Positions 14,637-24,179 of a DNA stretch of 59,887 bases are shown piece after piece (position 1 is the first letter of the stretch; each line of letters begins with the position of its first letter). Both the position numbers and the translations under genes were made by a program. Below the pieces are notes generated by a model. It was not told the origin of the DNA. It was given only the letters and a program-made list of their open reading frames with translations, and ran no database searches. Source of the stretch: a virus; IMG/VR virus record IMGVR_UViG_3300019884_000065; one strand, given 5' to 3'.

Positions 14637-15602
14637 ATGCCTGCACTAGAGGGCGTGACGAACAGCATTGTGCTGGCGGAACTATTCAAAGGCCTTGGCA
14701 CCGATGAGCGAGCTATCCTCTGCTCGGTGCGTGGCAATCCAAGCGAGGCCGATCCAACAGCCTGGGTCGGTACACCGTGGGGCGGTGGGGCTTGCCCCCT
14801 ACACCACGACCGCAACAACTACGTTGCCATCAGCACCTTCCGCGAGGAAGATGGTCGATTCAAACGCCGCAAGGCACAGTTTGCAAAGACGTGGTGCATC
14901 ATGATCGACGACATAGGCACGAAGCTCCCACTCAATGTGATACCCGAAGAGCTTGTGCCTACACTGGTCGTTGAGTCCTCGCCAGGTAACTTCCAAGCGA
15001 GCTTCTTCCTACAGCAGCCCGAGTCCAATGCAGAGCGAGTCACAGACGCAATACGACAGATCATTGCAAAGCTCACAGGAGGCGGTGCGGACCCTGGCAT
15101 GGCTGGCGTTACGCGTGTGCTGCGCTTGCCTGACGGTGTTAATGGTAAGCCTACTAGCATGATCGACGGCCAGCCCTGGCGCTGTAAGGTCTGGGTCTGG
15201 CGGCCGAATATACGGACGTCGTGGAGCGAGCTGCGACATGCCTTTGGCCTTGTCGAAAGATTCAGAAACTTCGTTGAGCCGAACGATGGCGTAACGCTCG
15301 AGCGCAAGCGCTGCTTCGATTTGGTTCGGTACGCACTCAAGCGGCTGGGTCGCATCAAGCATGCGACTGGCAGCGGCTGGATGGACATTACGTGTCCATG
15401 GATCGAGAGTCACACCGCACGTAGCAACACCGGCACGGCAGTGGCCCCTCCCATGAAAGCGAATGGCTATATGGGTGGCTTCAAGTGTCATCACGGACAC
15501 TGTGAGGCTAAGAATTGGGGCGACCTCGAGACATGGGTGGCCGAGGAAGTGATTAAGCAGGGCACGCGGCGTCGCGGACCCTTCTACGGAGAGAACGCGT
15601 GA
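14637..15602 (+). CDS. RepB'-like primase domain protein with a C-terminal zinc ribbon (321 aa)
   Basis: IMIDDIG, ESSPGNFQASF and LRLPDGVNGKP resemble the RepB' primase motifs (D-x-D, SPGNYQ, RLxGxxNxK). CPWIESH...FKCHHGHC resembles a primase zinc ribbon. Confidence 0.65.
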   Translation: MPALEGVTNSIVLAELFKGLGTDERAILCSVRGNPSEADPTAWVGTPWGGGACPLHHDRNNYVAISTFREEDGRFKRRKAQFAKTWCIMIDDIGTKLPLNVIPEELVPTLVVESSPGNFQASFFLQQPESNAERVTDAIRQIIAKLTGGGADPGMAGVTRVLRLPDGVNGKPTSMIDGQPWRCKVWVWRPNIRTSWSELRHAFGLVERFRNFVEPNDGVTLERKRCFDLVRYALKRLGRIKHATGSGWMDITCPWIESHTARSNTGTAVAPPMKANGYMGGFKCHHGHCEAKNWGDLETWVAEEVIKQGTRRRGPFYGENA

Positions 15603-17377
15603 CAGACCCACTTAACCCAGCGGACGCATTCAATGAACGAGCCAACGAAAAGGAAAGGCAAGAGCGTCTTAAACCCAAAGGTGAGCGTGTAGAGGTAGTC
15701 CATCCAGACTTATCGGATCACGCTACAGCCGATGGCCTCGGCACTCTGGACACTGACCTCAAGCACGCGTTCCTCACAAAGTACGGTCATCTGTTTTGCA
15801 TGGACCTTGGGCCGAAGGGAAAAGGCTCAGACCTCTTCGCGTACAATGTCCAGCGAGGAATGTGGTTTAGCGGTAGTGTTAGAGAGTTAATCAACGCGCA
15901 GGTGTCCACGATGTCGGTGGATGTTATTCGCAATCAATTTAATGTCCTGCTCGAAGAGCTTCGCACGGCGCCACAAGAGCGGCGCGATGAGCTTGATCGA
16001 CAGCGACAGCATCTGTCGAAGTTGATTCAACGATGGGGTCGTGCCAGCACCATAAGCCAGATTTCAACGCTGGTCTATAACCACTTGAAGTCTGTCCACG
16101 AGCCGCGTCCTGTAGAGATGAACCCGAACCCGTGGCACTTGAACTGCACGAACGGCGTCATTGACCTAGAGACAGGCGTCCTACATTGGCGACAGCCAGA
16201 TCATTATTTAACGGTATGCACCGACACCGTGTTCGATCCGCATGCAGACTATTCACGGTGGGAGAAAGTAGTCCGGCAGATTTGCCTCGAGAAAGAGGAT
16301 ATGTATGAGTTCTTGCATACCTGGATCGGGTACAGCATTACAGGGTTGCGCCGGGATCATGGACTCGTGATGATGTTCGGCAAGGGCAGCAATGGCAAGA
16401 GCTTATTCATTGACGTCATTGCTAGAACATTGGGCGCGTACGCTGGCAAGTTGCCTCAAGGCTTTTTGGAAAACAAGAAAGGCGGAACGGACAACAACGA
16501 ACAATATGCGCTCGCGTCGTTGAACGGTATTCGCTTTGCACACGGCTCTGAAACAGAAGACAATGCAGAGTTAAAGGCCGGCACGATCAAGGCCATTACA
16601 GGCGACGATACGATCACAGCCCGCGGTTCGCATGAGAACTATAAGACATTCAGAGCGACACACAAAATCACCATCGCAACGAATCACAAGCCAATCATTC
16701 CAGCCGACGATGACGCCATGTTTCGTCGGCTGTTTTTATTTCCTGCGGCGGCTAAGTTCGGGCCACAAGAAGACGTGGACAACGGCGATGCCGACTATGC
16801 CGTGAACCAGTTACTGCTTGAGCAATGTTCAACACCGCAGGGACGATCGGAAGTGCTGCTATGGGCAGTGCACGCTGTCGACAAGTACAAGAAGAACGGG
16901 CTCAAGTTACCGGCGACGATTAAGCATCAGGTCGCGCTACACCGCAGTGAGATGGACATCATTGGCCAGTTTGTCCGCCATGCGACAGAGTACATTGGCA
17001 AGCCAAAGATCGAAGAGCTGAAGAGCTTCGTTGGCACTGGCGGTAGCAAAGAGAAGCGTGAGACATGGAAATCGTGGACGATGATTCAGCGATGCGATAT
17101 TGAATACGGCCTGTTCTACAATATGTATCAGCTATGGTGCAAACAGAACGGGATTGTCCGCGTAAAGAACCGCGTGCAATTCAACAAATATCTGAAGACA
17201 GCAGTGCGTTGGTGGACGGACGAAGTCAATAAGGTCGAGCTAAAAATGGAGGCGATGGAGATGCAAGAGGGAGCGACCATGAAGACCTGGCGCTGGGTTA
17301 AGCTGTCGTATGAGGGAGAGCGACTGTTCCACGAGGCTAAGGGCATGCAAGACTTCTACGATCAACACCGTACTTAA
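15599..17377 (+). CDS. D5/P4-type SF3 helicase (primase-helicase C-terminal module, 592 aa)
   Basis: GTGA overlap with the primase gene. D5_N-like NCTNGVIDLETG, Walker A GKGSNGKS, and downstream acidic and Asn motifs typical of SF3 NTPases. Confidence 0.8.
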   Translation: MTDPLNPADAFNERANEKERQERLKPKGERVEVVHPDLSDHATADGLGTLDTDLKHAFLTKYGHLFCMDLGPKGKGSDLFAYNVQRGMWFSGSVRELINAQVSTMSVDVIRNQFNVLLEELRTAPQERRDELDRQRQHLSKLIQRWGRASTISQISTLVYNHLKSVHEPRPVEMNPNPWHLNCTNGVIDLETGVLHWRQPDHYLTVCTDTVFDPHADYSRWEKVVRQICLEKEDMYEFLHTWIGYSITGLRRDHGLVMMFGKGSNGKSLFIDVIARTLGAYAGKLPQGFLENKKGGTDNNEQYALASLNGIRFAHGSETEDNAELKAGTIKAITGDDTITARGSHENYKTFRATHKITIATNHKPIIPADDDAMFRRLFLFPAAAKFGPQEDVDNGDADYAVNQLLLEQCSTPQGRSEVLLWAVHAVDKYKKNGLKLPATIKHQVALHRSEMDIIGQFVRHATEYIGKPKIEELKSFVGTGGSKEKRETWKSWTMIQRCDIEYGLFYNMYQLWCKQNGIVRVKNRVQFNKYLKTAVRWWTDEVNKVELKMEAMEMQEGATMKTWRWVKLSYEGERLFHEAKGMQDFYDQHRT

Positions 17378-17396
17378 GTCCCCAGCGACAACCGGC

Positions 17397-17506
17397 AAAA
17401 CCCCTAAACCCCCTAAATGGGACGTTTCCCATAAAATCCCTTACGGGGAAAACACACATAGGGGGATTTATGGGAAACGGTGTTAAAAACGGGGTTTAGG
17501 GGTTTT
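17397..17506. repeat. 110-bp nested palindrome with G-rich, telomere-like arms; candidate bidirectional terminator, ori or pac element
   Basis: The outer arms aaaacccctaaacccc (17397-17412) and ggggtttaggggtttt (17491-17506) are perfectly complementary over 16 bp. The inner arms gtttcccataaaatccc (17424-17440) and gggatttatgggaaac (17463-17478) match apart from one extra base. A T-rich run follows. Confidence 0.85.
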
Positions 17507-17528
17507 ACTTGTTTTCGAAGGACAGTTT

Positions 17529-17864
17529 ATGACTCAAGCGAGTACAGTCGATTGCGGTGTTGATCATGTGAAAGCTCTACTATTGGAGCGTTTTCCGGGC
17601 ATCTCTTTTGAGAAGGAAGAGACGTCGAAGCTAAGCAGTCGCACGTTTTATGTGCAGCTCTGGTGTCGTCGCCCGGACATTTGCGTGCTGCTTCGAAACA
17701 CAAAGGACATGACGCTATTCCATGCTTATAACCGTAGCCAGATTCATCGTACTGATGCTGATGAGTTGATCGCGCTGCTTAGTGGAGGCAACAACAAAGA
17801 AAGAGGCGTGAGGTTATTGAATCGCGTGTGGTATGAACTCGGAGTGACAGCATTGCGGTGTTGA
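17529..17864 (+). CDS. Hypothetical protein (111 aa)
   Basis: Track ORF. GAAGGA lies 6 nt upstream of the ATG. The gene is isolated between the palindrome and the candidate late promoter. Confidence 0.5.
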   Translation: MTQASTVDCGVDHVKALLLERFPGISFEKEETSKLSSRTFYVQLWCRRPDICVLLRNTKDMTLFHAYNRSQIHRTDADELIALLSGGNNKERGVRLLNRVWYELGVTALRC

Positions 17865-17879
17865 TGTTGGAGCTCGCGC

Positions 17880-17908
17880 TTGGTGCCTGGCCGCTTTGGG
17901 CCTATACT
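17880..17908 (+). promoter_or_regulatory. Candidate promoter of the packaging and structural operon (TTGGTG-N17-TATACT)
   Basis: Read directly, 42 nt upstream of the ATG at 17950. Confidence 0.4.
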
Positions 17909-17949
17909 TTTCGCGTTTGCTTCTTTCTTAGAATGGTTTTGAAATTCTG

Positions 17950-18384
17950 ATGACGGACGAAGTAGATAGACCCGAAGACAACGAGGATGAGGACCGTTCT
18001 CCTGGCTGGCACCTTCGCGGCCGCAAGATGCCTGGCTCTGGGCGACAGAAGGGACAGCTGAACAAAGTGACGAAAGAGTTCAAAGCGATCGTCCAGGACC
18101 TAATCGACGAGAACCAGGACAACGTGAAGTTGTGGCTGGATCGCGTCGCCAATGGTGTGCCCGGCGAATACCAGACGAACGACGAAGGCTTGCGCGAGAC
18201 GATTCGCTATCCTGTCGTCGCTGATCCTGCGAAGGCTGTGGACCTCATCAGCAAGCTGGCCGAGTACGTGGCTCCGAAGCTCACGCGCACAGAAGTCACG
18301 GGACCTGGCGGACAGCCGCTAGCGCCTCCGGTGTTGACCGTCCACATCGAGGGCAAGCCTAGTGACGATGAATCCAAGTCCTGA
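17950..18384 (+). CDS. Putative terminase small subunit (144 aa)
   Basis: It lies immediately upstream of and overlaps the large terminase. It has an acidic N-terminus followed by the basic GRKMPGSGRQKGQLNKVT segment typical of TerS DNA-binding regions. Confidence 0.5.
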   Translation: MTDEVDRPEDNEDEDRSPGWHLRGRKMPGSGRQKGQLNKVTKEFKAIVQDLIDENQDNVKLWLDRVANGVPGEYQTNDEGLRETIRYPVVADPAKAVDLISKLAEYVAPKLTRTEVTGPGGQPLAPPVLTVHIEGKPSDDESKS

Positions 18385-19819
18385 CCTCGGGACAATTCTT
18401 CGTCTGCAATATAAGCAGGGACTCGCGTTCCTGTCCAAGGCAACAGAGCTCTTGTATGGTGGCGCTGCTGGCGGCGGTAAGAGTTTCTTGATGCGAGTAG
18501 CCGCGATTGCATGGTGCGTCTTGATTCCTGGCTTGCAGGTCTACATCTTCCGGCGCACGTTCCCTGACCTCAACAAGAATCACATGGAGGGACCGACATC
18601 GTTCCCGCTGTTGCTTGCTGGTTGGATTTTGTTCAAGTGGTGCAAGATCAACTATGGGCTCGGGCAGATACGCTTCTACAATGGCTCAGTGATCCATCTC
18701 TGTCACTGCCAATACGAGCATGACATCTATAACTATCAAGGTGCTGAGATTCATGTGCTGCTCATCGATGAGATCACGCACTGGACAGAGCCGATGTATG
18801 CGTACCTTCGAGGACGTGTCCGCATGGTGGGTCTTGTCGTGCCTCCCGAATATGCTGGGCTCTTCCCGCGAGTGCTCGTCTCCGGCAATCCTGGCGGCAT
18901 TGGGCATAATTGGGTCAAGGCGATGTTCATCGACAACGTTGCGCCGTTCGCACTACGCGAGATGCCGGAAGAAGAAGGCGGTCTAGTGCGCAGCTTTATA
19001 CCCGCCAAGCTCGCGGACAATCCAGCCCTGCTGAAGGCTGACCCGAAGTACAGAGCGCGCCTGGCGGGCCTTGGCAACCCTGCATTGGTGCGTGCCATGC
19101 TAGAAGGCGATTGGGACATCGTTGCTGGCGGCATGTTCGACGATGTCTGGCGCAGAGACATCCATATCATTGAGCCCTTTGCGATTCCCCCCTCATGGTC
19201 CATTGATCGAGCATTCGATTGGGGTTCGTCTAAGCCCTTCAGCATTGGCTGGTGGGCAGAGAGCGACGGGACAGAATGCTACCTTGCGAGCGGCAAGCGA
19301 TGGTCCTACCCGCGGGGAACTTTGTTCCGCATTCACGAGTGGTATGGCTGGAACGGCAAGCCGAATCAAGGGCTGCGCCTCTCGGACAGGACTATCGGTC
19401 AGGGCATCGTGGAGCGGCAGAAGGAATGGGGCATGCACATGCGCTGCACGCCAGGTCCAGCGGACAGCAGCATCTTCGACGAGATCAACGGGGACAGTCC
19501 AGCGAAGCAGCAGGCAGCGCTCGGTGTCTACTGGACGAAGGCAGACAAGTCGCCTGGCTCGCGCAAGCGTAGATGGGCCTTGATGCGTGGGCGGTTGGCC
19601 GCGTCGCTCAAGCCTCGCATGGAAGATGCAGGACTGTTCTGCTTCAACACCTGTCCACAGTTCGTTCGCACCATACCCGTGCTGCCGCGCCTGGAGCGGG
19701 ACACTGACGACATCGACACCGACGCTGAGGATCACATCGCTGACGAGTCTGGCTATCGCTTGCTGAAGGAAGCCACCGATGCGATGACGATCAACATGGG
19801 GTTCAGCACCAATGGGTGA
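18362..19819 (+). CDS. Terminase large subunit (485 aa)
   Basis: Walker A GGAAGGGKSF, Walker B VLLIDEITHW, a C-terminal nuclease-like half, and position before the portal gene. Confidence 0.9.
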   Translation: MTMNPSPDLGTILRLQYKQGLAFLSKATELLYGGAAGGGKSFLMRVAAIAWCVLIPGLQVYIFRRTFPDLNKNHMEGPTSFPLLLAGWILFKWCKINYGLGQIRFYNGSVIHLCHCQYEHDIYNYQGAEIHVLLIDEITHWTEPMYAYLRGRVRMVGLVVPPEYAGLFPRVLVSGNPGGIGHNWVKAMFIDNVAPFALREMPEEEGGLVRSFIPAKLADNPALLKADPKYRARLAGLGNPALVRAMLEGDWDIVAGGMFDDVWRRDIHIIEPFAIPPSWSIDRAFDWGSSKPFSIGWWAESDGTECYLASGKRWSYPRGTLFRIHEWYGWNGKPNQGLRLSDRTIGQGIVERQKEWGMHMRCTPGPADSSIFDEINGDSPAKQQAALGVYWTKADKSPGSRKRRWALMRGRLAASLKPRMEDAGLFCFNTCPQFVRTIPVLPRLERDTDDIDTDAEDHIADESGYRLLKEATDAMTINMGFSTNG

Positions 19820-20012
19820 GGCTATGACACCAGAACTCATGATGCTGCGCGAGGCTAAGGCTTTCATTGAGGCAGATAGCCCAAAAGAAGAAAAGCACGA
19901 TATCTTGTTTAGAATTGACCTGGCTATAGCAGCCGCTGAGGAAGAAAATGCAATGCCAGGCGGTGTGCGTGGCGCTGTGATTCGTTGGCTTAAACGGACT
20001 AAGGAGAGTTAG
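19812..20012 (+). CDS. Hypothetical protein, tandem paralog 1 (66 aa)
   Basis: Track ORF. The C-terminus MPGGVRGAVIRWLKRTK matches MIGGIRGALTRWLSKGK of the next gene. Confidence 0.55.
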   Translation: MGEAMTPELMMLREAKAFIEADSPKEEKHDILFRIDLAIAAAEEENAMPGGVRGAVIRWLKRTKES

Positions 20013-20013
20013 C

Positions 20014-20220
20014 ATGCTATCTGAAGAACAACGCTTGCTTCTGCTTGAGACGAAAGAATTTCTTACCGTCGTGCACGCTGGTGAGTGGAACGGCCGTCCC
20101 GAGTGGCGCGATGTGCTTGTGTCCCGTATCATTAGCACACTCGCCAAGGATGCAGAGCAAACCGAGATGATCGGCGGCATTCGCGGCGCTCTCACACGCT
20201 GGCTCTCGAAGGGCAAATAG
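20014..20220 (+). CDS. Hypothetical protein, tandem paralog 2 (68 aa)
   Basis: Track ORF with AAGGAG upstream. It shares a C-terminal motif with 19812..20012. Confidence 0.55.
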   Translation: MLSEEQRLLLLETKEFLTVVHAGEWNGRPEWRDVLVSRIISTLAKDAEQTEMIGGIRGALTRWLSKGK

Positions 20221-20223
20221 ATC

Positions 20224-21858
20224 ATGGCTACACCATCAAGCATCACAAGCGACGTCTCGTTCAATCGTGTCCCACAACCCATTCGCGAACGCTGGTCCGT
20301 CGTGCGTGACGTCGTGTCCGGGGACAATGCACTCCGGACGGACCTCTATCTTCCCATGCTCAACGCCACGGACACCAGCGTCGAGAACGTAGCGCGCAAC
20401 AAGGCCTATCGCTCACGTGCAGTCTGGTACCCAGCCACGCAGTTCACACTCGAGGGCCTAGTCGGTCTGGCCTTTCACCGTGACCCTGTGACCGAGCTGC
20501 CCACTGAGCTCGAATACCTGCTCGAGGACTGCGATGGGCTGGGCGTGTCTCTGTATCAGCAGTCGCAGAGTGTCCTGCAGAACAACCTGGCTGTCGGCAG
20601 GCATGGCTTGTTCGTGGACTGGTCCGAAGCACTCGGGCACCCACTCATCAAGGCCTATCATGCCGAGGCCATCATCAACTGGCGCTACCAGATCGTAGAT
20701 GGCAAAGCGTCCCTCGTGATGATCGTCCTGGAAGAAGAAGCAGAGATAGAGGACGGTGATTGGGGCATCGTGCTCGTCAAGCAGTGGCGCGAGATACGCC
20801 TGAACGACGCAGGCAACGTGGAGGTACGCTTATGGCGCGAGGACACTGGAGTGACGAAGCACAAGCGCCTCGTGTCCATGGGCACAGTGACAAACGAAGC
20901 AGGGGACGAACTACTCATCGAGGCGGTAGAACTTCGCAGCCGCGGTGCGGTGTTGACGGAGATACCATTCACGTTCATTGGCTCGAACAACAATGATGCG
21001 AGCATCGACCCGGCACCGCTCTATGGACTGGCGCAACTTAACCTTGCTCACTATCGGAATTCTGCTGACTATGAAGATAGTGTGTTCTTCTGCGGGCAAG
21101 TCCAGCCCTGGATTAGCGGACTCACCGAGCAGTGGCGCGACTATATGCAGAATCCTTGGGTCATAGACTCGACGGGTGAGCGACGCTACACCGGACAGAA
21201 GATGTATATCGGTTCACGCAGCCCATTGCTGCTGCCGCAAGGTGCGTCGTTCGGTATGGCTCAGGCCCAGCCTAACTCGCTCGCGAAGGAAGCCATGGAG
21301 CACAAGGAAGCGCAGATGGTGGCTGTTGGCGCGCGCATGATCGAGGCAACGAAGGTCAACAAGACAGCAACGGGTGAGAACAATGATCGTGAGGCCACGA
21401 CATCTGTCCTGTCGCTGTGTGTCGTGAACGTATCCGAGGCGTACCAGCGGGCCATCGGCTTCTGCGCACGCTTCTTGGACATGAAAGAAGAGGACTGGGC
21501 AGATGCCTTTAAGATTCAGCAAGACTTCGTCCAGCTTCAGGCGAACCCGCAGCTCATGGCAGAACTCACGAAGTCGTGGCAGAGCGGTCTTCTGGCGAAA
21601 AACGACGTTCGTGATTTCTTCCGCCGTCTTGGTCTTATTGCTACTGAGCGCAGTAATGACGATATAGAGAAGGATGTGGAAGCCGAAGAACCACTTGGCA
21701 CGATGGGACTGCCACCGCCAGGCACGTTGCCGGGTGTGCCAGGTGCTTCCCCCTTGGCCGCTGTTGCCGGACCGCCCCCGCAGCTGCCTGGCAAGCCTAA
21801 GCCCCCTGCCGGACCGCCCCTTCCCGTGGAGCGGCGGGCACGGGCACGGGCACGGTAA
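20224..21858 (+). CDS. Portal protein (544 aa)
   Basis: Its size and its position after the terminase fit. The central LNLAHYRNSADYEDSVFF region resembles portal (DUF4055-type) sequences. The C-terminal tail is Pro-rich and basic. Confidence 0.75.
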   Translation: MATPSSITSDVSFNRVPQPIRERWSVVRDVVSGDNALRTDLYLPMLNATDTSVENVARNKAYRSRAVWYPATQFTLEGLVGLAFHRDPVTELPTELEYLLEDCDGLGVSLYQQSQSVLQNNLAVGRHGLFVDWSEALGHPLIKAYHAEAIINWRYQIVDGKASLVMIVLEEEAEIEDGDWGIVLVKQWREIRLNDAGNVEVRLWREDTGVTKHKRLVSMGTVTNEAGDELLIEAVELRSRGAVLTEIPFTFIGSNNNDASIDPAPLYGLAQLNLAHYRNSADYEDSVFFCGQVQPWISGLTEQWRDYMQNPWVIDSTGERRYTGQKMYIGSRSPLLLPQGASFGMAQAQPNSLAKEAMEHKEAQMVAVGARMIEATKVNKTATGENNDREATTSVLSLCVVNVSEAYQRAIGFCARFLDMKEEDWADAFKIQQDFVQLQANPQLMAELTKSWQSGLLAKNDVRDFFRRLGLIATERSNDDIEKDVEAEEPLGTMGLPPPGTLPGVPGASPLAAVAGPPPQLPGKPKPPAGPPLPVERRARARAR

Positions 21859-21861
21859 GAC

Positions 21862-22965
21862 ATGGCACGATCAGCGAACACGAAGTTGCGTGACGCCGAG
21901 ATCGGGCACGCAGTGGACCTGCGCCTCTATTCGGACACAGTGGTTCGTCGCATCATCGGCATTCTCAATCGTGCAGACGCAGCACTGTTCTCTGAGCTTG
22001 TCCAGAAGCTCGAGCACATGACGCCAGAGCGGTTCACCATTAAACGACTCGAGGTAATGTTGGAAAGTGTCCGGGTACTCAATCACGATGCTTACTCTCA
22101 TCTCGATAGCACACTACGAGATGAGATCAAGGGGCTCACAGCCCTGGAGCTACAGTTCCAGGAAGGGATGCTGGCGAAGAATACACCTCCGTCAATTGAC
22201 ATCGCACGCGTGGACATTAATCAGGTCTACGCTGGCGCTATGTCGCGTCCCTTCCAGGGCGGGCTTCTTAGCGAGTTTCTCAAAGACCAAGAAACTTCCA
22301 AAGCTCGCTTGATTCGGCGGACCATTGCGGACGGGTACGTGCAGAACAGGACAACAGACCAGATCATTCGCGACCTGCGCGGGACAAGAGAGAACAAGTA
22401 CCGTGACGGTATTCTCGAGGTCACGCGTCGTGAGGCAGCGGCGGTTGTAAGGACGGCGCTGTCTCACACTGCGCAGTTCGCGAAGGACCGTGTGACTGAG
22501 GCGAACGAAGACATCATTGGCAACCTGCAGTGGCTGTCGACTCTGGACAATCGGACTACACCCGAGTGCCAGGTCCGAGACGGCAAGCTCTACACCGTCG
22601 ACCACAAGCCCGTCGACCATGAATATCCATGGGGCGCGGGACCAGGCCGCTTGCACTGGCAGTGCCGCTCGACCTATGTGCAGTTGACGAAGTCGTGGAA
22701 GGAACTCGGTGTTGACGTGGAAGAGTTTGATGCTGGCGACCGGGCGAGCATGGATGGTAGTGTTCCCGGCAAGACTGACTATGAATCATGGTTGGCCGAC
22801 CAATCGCCAGCCCGGCAGACGCAGGTGCTTGGCGCAACACGGGCGAAGCTTTTCAACGAAGGCGGTTTAACGTTCGAGGAGCTGCGCAACGCCCGCGGTG
22901 AGGACTTGACCTTGGATGAACTACGATCGCGCTATGGTGAGGCGTTTAGGCGGTCTGGTGCATGA
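21862..22965 (+). CDS. Head morphogenesis protein, Mu F / SPP1 gp7-like (367 aa)
   Basis: It follows the portal gene. TTPECQVRDGKLY...GRLHWQCRST resembles the Phage_Mu_F signature. Confidence 0.75.
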   Translation: MARSANTKLRDAEIGHAVDLRLYSDTVVRRIIGILNRADAALFSELVQKLEHMTPERFTIKRLEVMLESVRVLNHDAYSHLDSTLRDEIKGLTALELQFQEGMLAKNTPPSIDIARVDINQVYAGAMSRPFQGGLLSEFLKDQETSKARLIRRTIADGYVQNRTTDQIIRDLRGTRENKYRDGILEVTRREAAAVVRTALSHTAQFAKDRVTEANEDIIGNLQWLSTLDNRTTPECQVRDGKLYTVDHKPVDHEYPWGAGPGRLHWQCRSTYVQLTKSWKELGVDVEEFDAGDRASMDGSVPGKTDYESWLADQSPARQTQVLGATRAKLFNEGGLTFEELRNARGEDLTLDELRSRYGEAFRRSGA

Positions 22966-22982
22966 TTTAACAGGAGTACGAC

Positions 22983-23210
22983 ATGGAGATGATGAACCGA
23001 GCTATTGAAGACGCCAGCGACTTTGGTGGGATGCTGAAGAAGTTGCAAGAAAACATACCGCTGCGTGAGGATAGTAATCTCGCGGCGAAGCTACGGCGTG
23101 AGGTCGACGAGATGGCGGCGCAAGACATCGAACGCGTGGCGCCACCGAAACGCCCTGGCGAGAATCGCGAGCAGTACCGTGCGCGGATCAGGAGCTTGCA
23201 ATGCCGCTGA
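22983..23210 (+). CDS. Hypothetical protein (75 aa)
   Basis: Track ORF. AGGAG lies 7 nt upstream of the ATG. Confidence 0.55.
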   Translation: MEMMNRAIEDASDFGGMLKKLQENIPLREDSNLAAKLRREVDEMAAQDIERVAPPKRPGENREQYRARIRSLQCR

Positions 23211-23359
23211 AGAAATCTTCCTCCAAGAAGGCGATGGCCAAGAACATAAAGACCGAGATCAAGGCGGGCAAGCCCGTGAAGCAGGCAGTCGCCATCGCCT
23301 ACGCGGTAAAGCGGTCGGCGGCGGCGAAGAAGGGGGCTAAGAAGCGGAAGAAGGGTTAG
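23201..23359 (+). CDS. Small lysine-rich basic protein (52 aa)
   Basis: Below the track cutoff. Hand translation gives MPLKKSSSKKAMAKNIKTEIKAGKPVKQAVAIAYAVKRSAAAKKGAKKRKKG. CAGGAG lies 6 nt upstream. Confidence 0.5.
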   Translation: MPLKKSSSKKAMAKNIKTEIKAGKPVKQAVAIAYAVKRSAAAKKGAKKRKKG

Positions 23360-23607
23360 TCCATGGGCGTTACATCGATTACGGTCCAGCCGAATGAGAT
23401 CCAGCGACCACGCTCGGGCTCCCACCAGCGCGAGTCCCTTGCCAGGGCAACAAGCGTGACGCAGCGAGGACCGCGAAGGTGTTCGGGTGGGAGTATTGTC
23501 TCTGCGTCTGTGCCAGTGCGCGGGAAGCAGCGGTCGTAGCGCAGCATGTCGAGGGGGAAGTCCCCCCTCCCTTCCACAGTGAATTTGATGTCGGCTTTCT
23601 TGGGCAT
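23356..23607 (-). CDS. Hypothetical protein (83 aa), last gene of the reverse-strand island
   Basis: Track ORF. Its ATG shares one base with the stop of 23607..24146 (TAATG). Confidence 0.55.
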   Translation of the reverse strand: MPKKADIKFTVEGRGDFPLDMLRYDRCFPRTGTDAETILPPEHLRGPRCVTLVALARDSRWWEPERGRWISFGWTVIDVTPMD

Positions 23608-24146
23608 TACAGGACTTTCGGACGGTTGATGATGGTTTGCGCAACACCGTTGTACGCGGAGTGCTCTTTGACCGTGGCCTTGACGCGGATGGTGGCACCG
23701 ACCTCGCCGAGCTCGGAGGTACCTTTGTAGATGAACTGGTTGCCGTTCTCATCGACGCAGGCGTGGAAGTAGGAGGTGCCGTACATGCCCTCATGTTCCA
23801 TGACGCGCTTGATGGTGAGCGTGAACTCTTCGCGCTGGCCCACGTTGCCCATGTGACGACCGCTGGTGGCGGGTGCGTTCTTGGCCGCAGTGCGCTCAGC
23901 TGCGCGGGCTTTGGCCTTCTCGACCATGCTACGGGCTGCTGCCATCTGGCCGATGGACAGGCCACCGCGGGAGCCGTAGGACTCGAGCAGTGACTTGGCG
24001 AACTCGGACCACGAGGCGGCGCTGTGGAGGAAGTCGATCACTTCCGAGGCGTCGGGGTTCGTGCGCTCGAACTTGGCGCGGGTGGCGCGGATGATCTTGT
24101 TGCGGACTGCGTTGTCGTAGGAGTATTCGTCGTGAACGTAGGACAT
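23607..24146 (-). CDS. Hypothetical protein (179 aa)
   Basis: Track ORF trimmed to the ATG at 24146 behind CAGAAAGCACCTC. Confidence 0.6.
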   Translation of the reverse strand: MSYVHDEYSYDNAVRNKIIRATRAKFERTNPDASEVIDFLHSAASWSEFAKSLLESYGSRGGLSIGQMAAARSMVEKAKARAAERTAAKNAPATSGRHMGNVGQREEFTLTIKRVMEHEGMYGTSYFHACVDENGNQFIYKGTSELGEVGATIRVKATVKEHSAYNGVAQTIINRPKVL

Positions 24147-24179
24147 GAGGTGCTTTCTGTTTGGGTTGCTGAAGAGTTG

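Noticed and set aside
17378-17528. tRNA or small RNA gene in the non-coding gap after the helicase gene
   Set aside because: The region folds as one long symmetric hairpin. It has no cloverleaf arms and no anticodon-loop or T-loop (GTTCRA) signatures.
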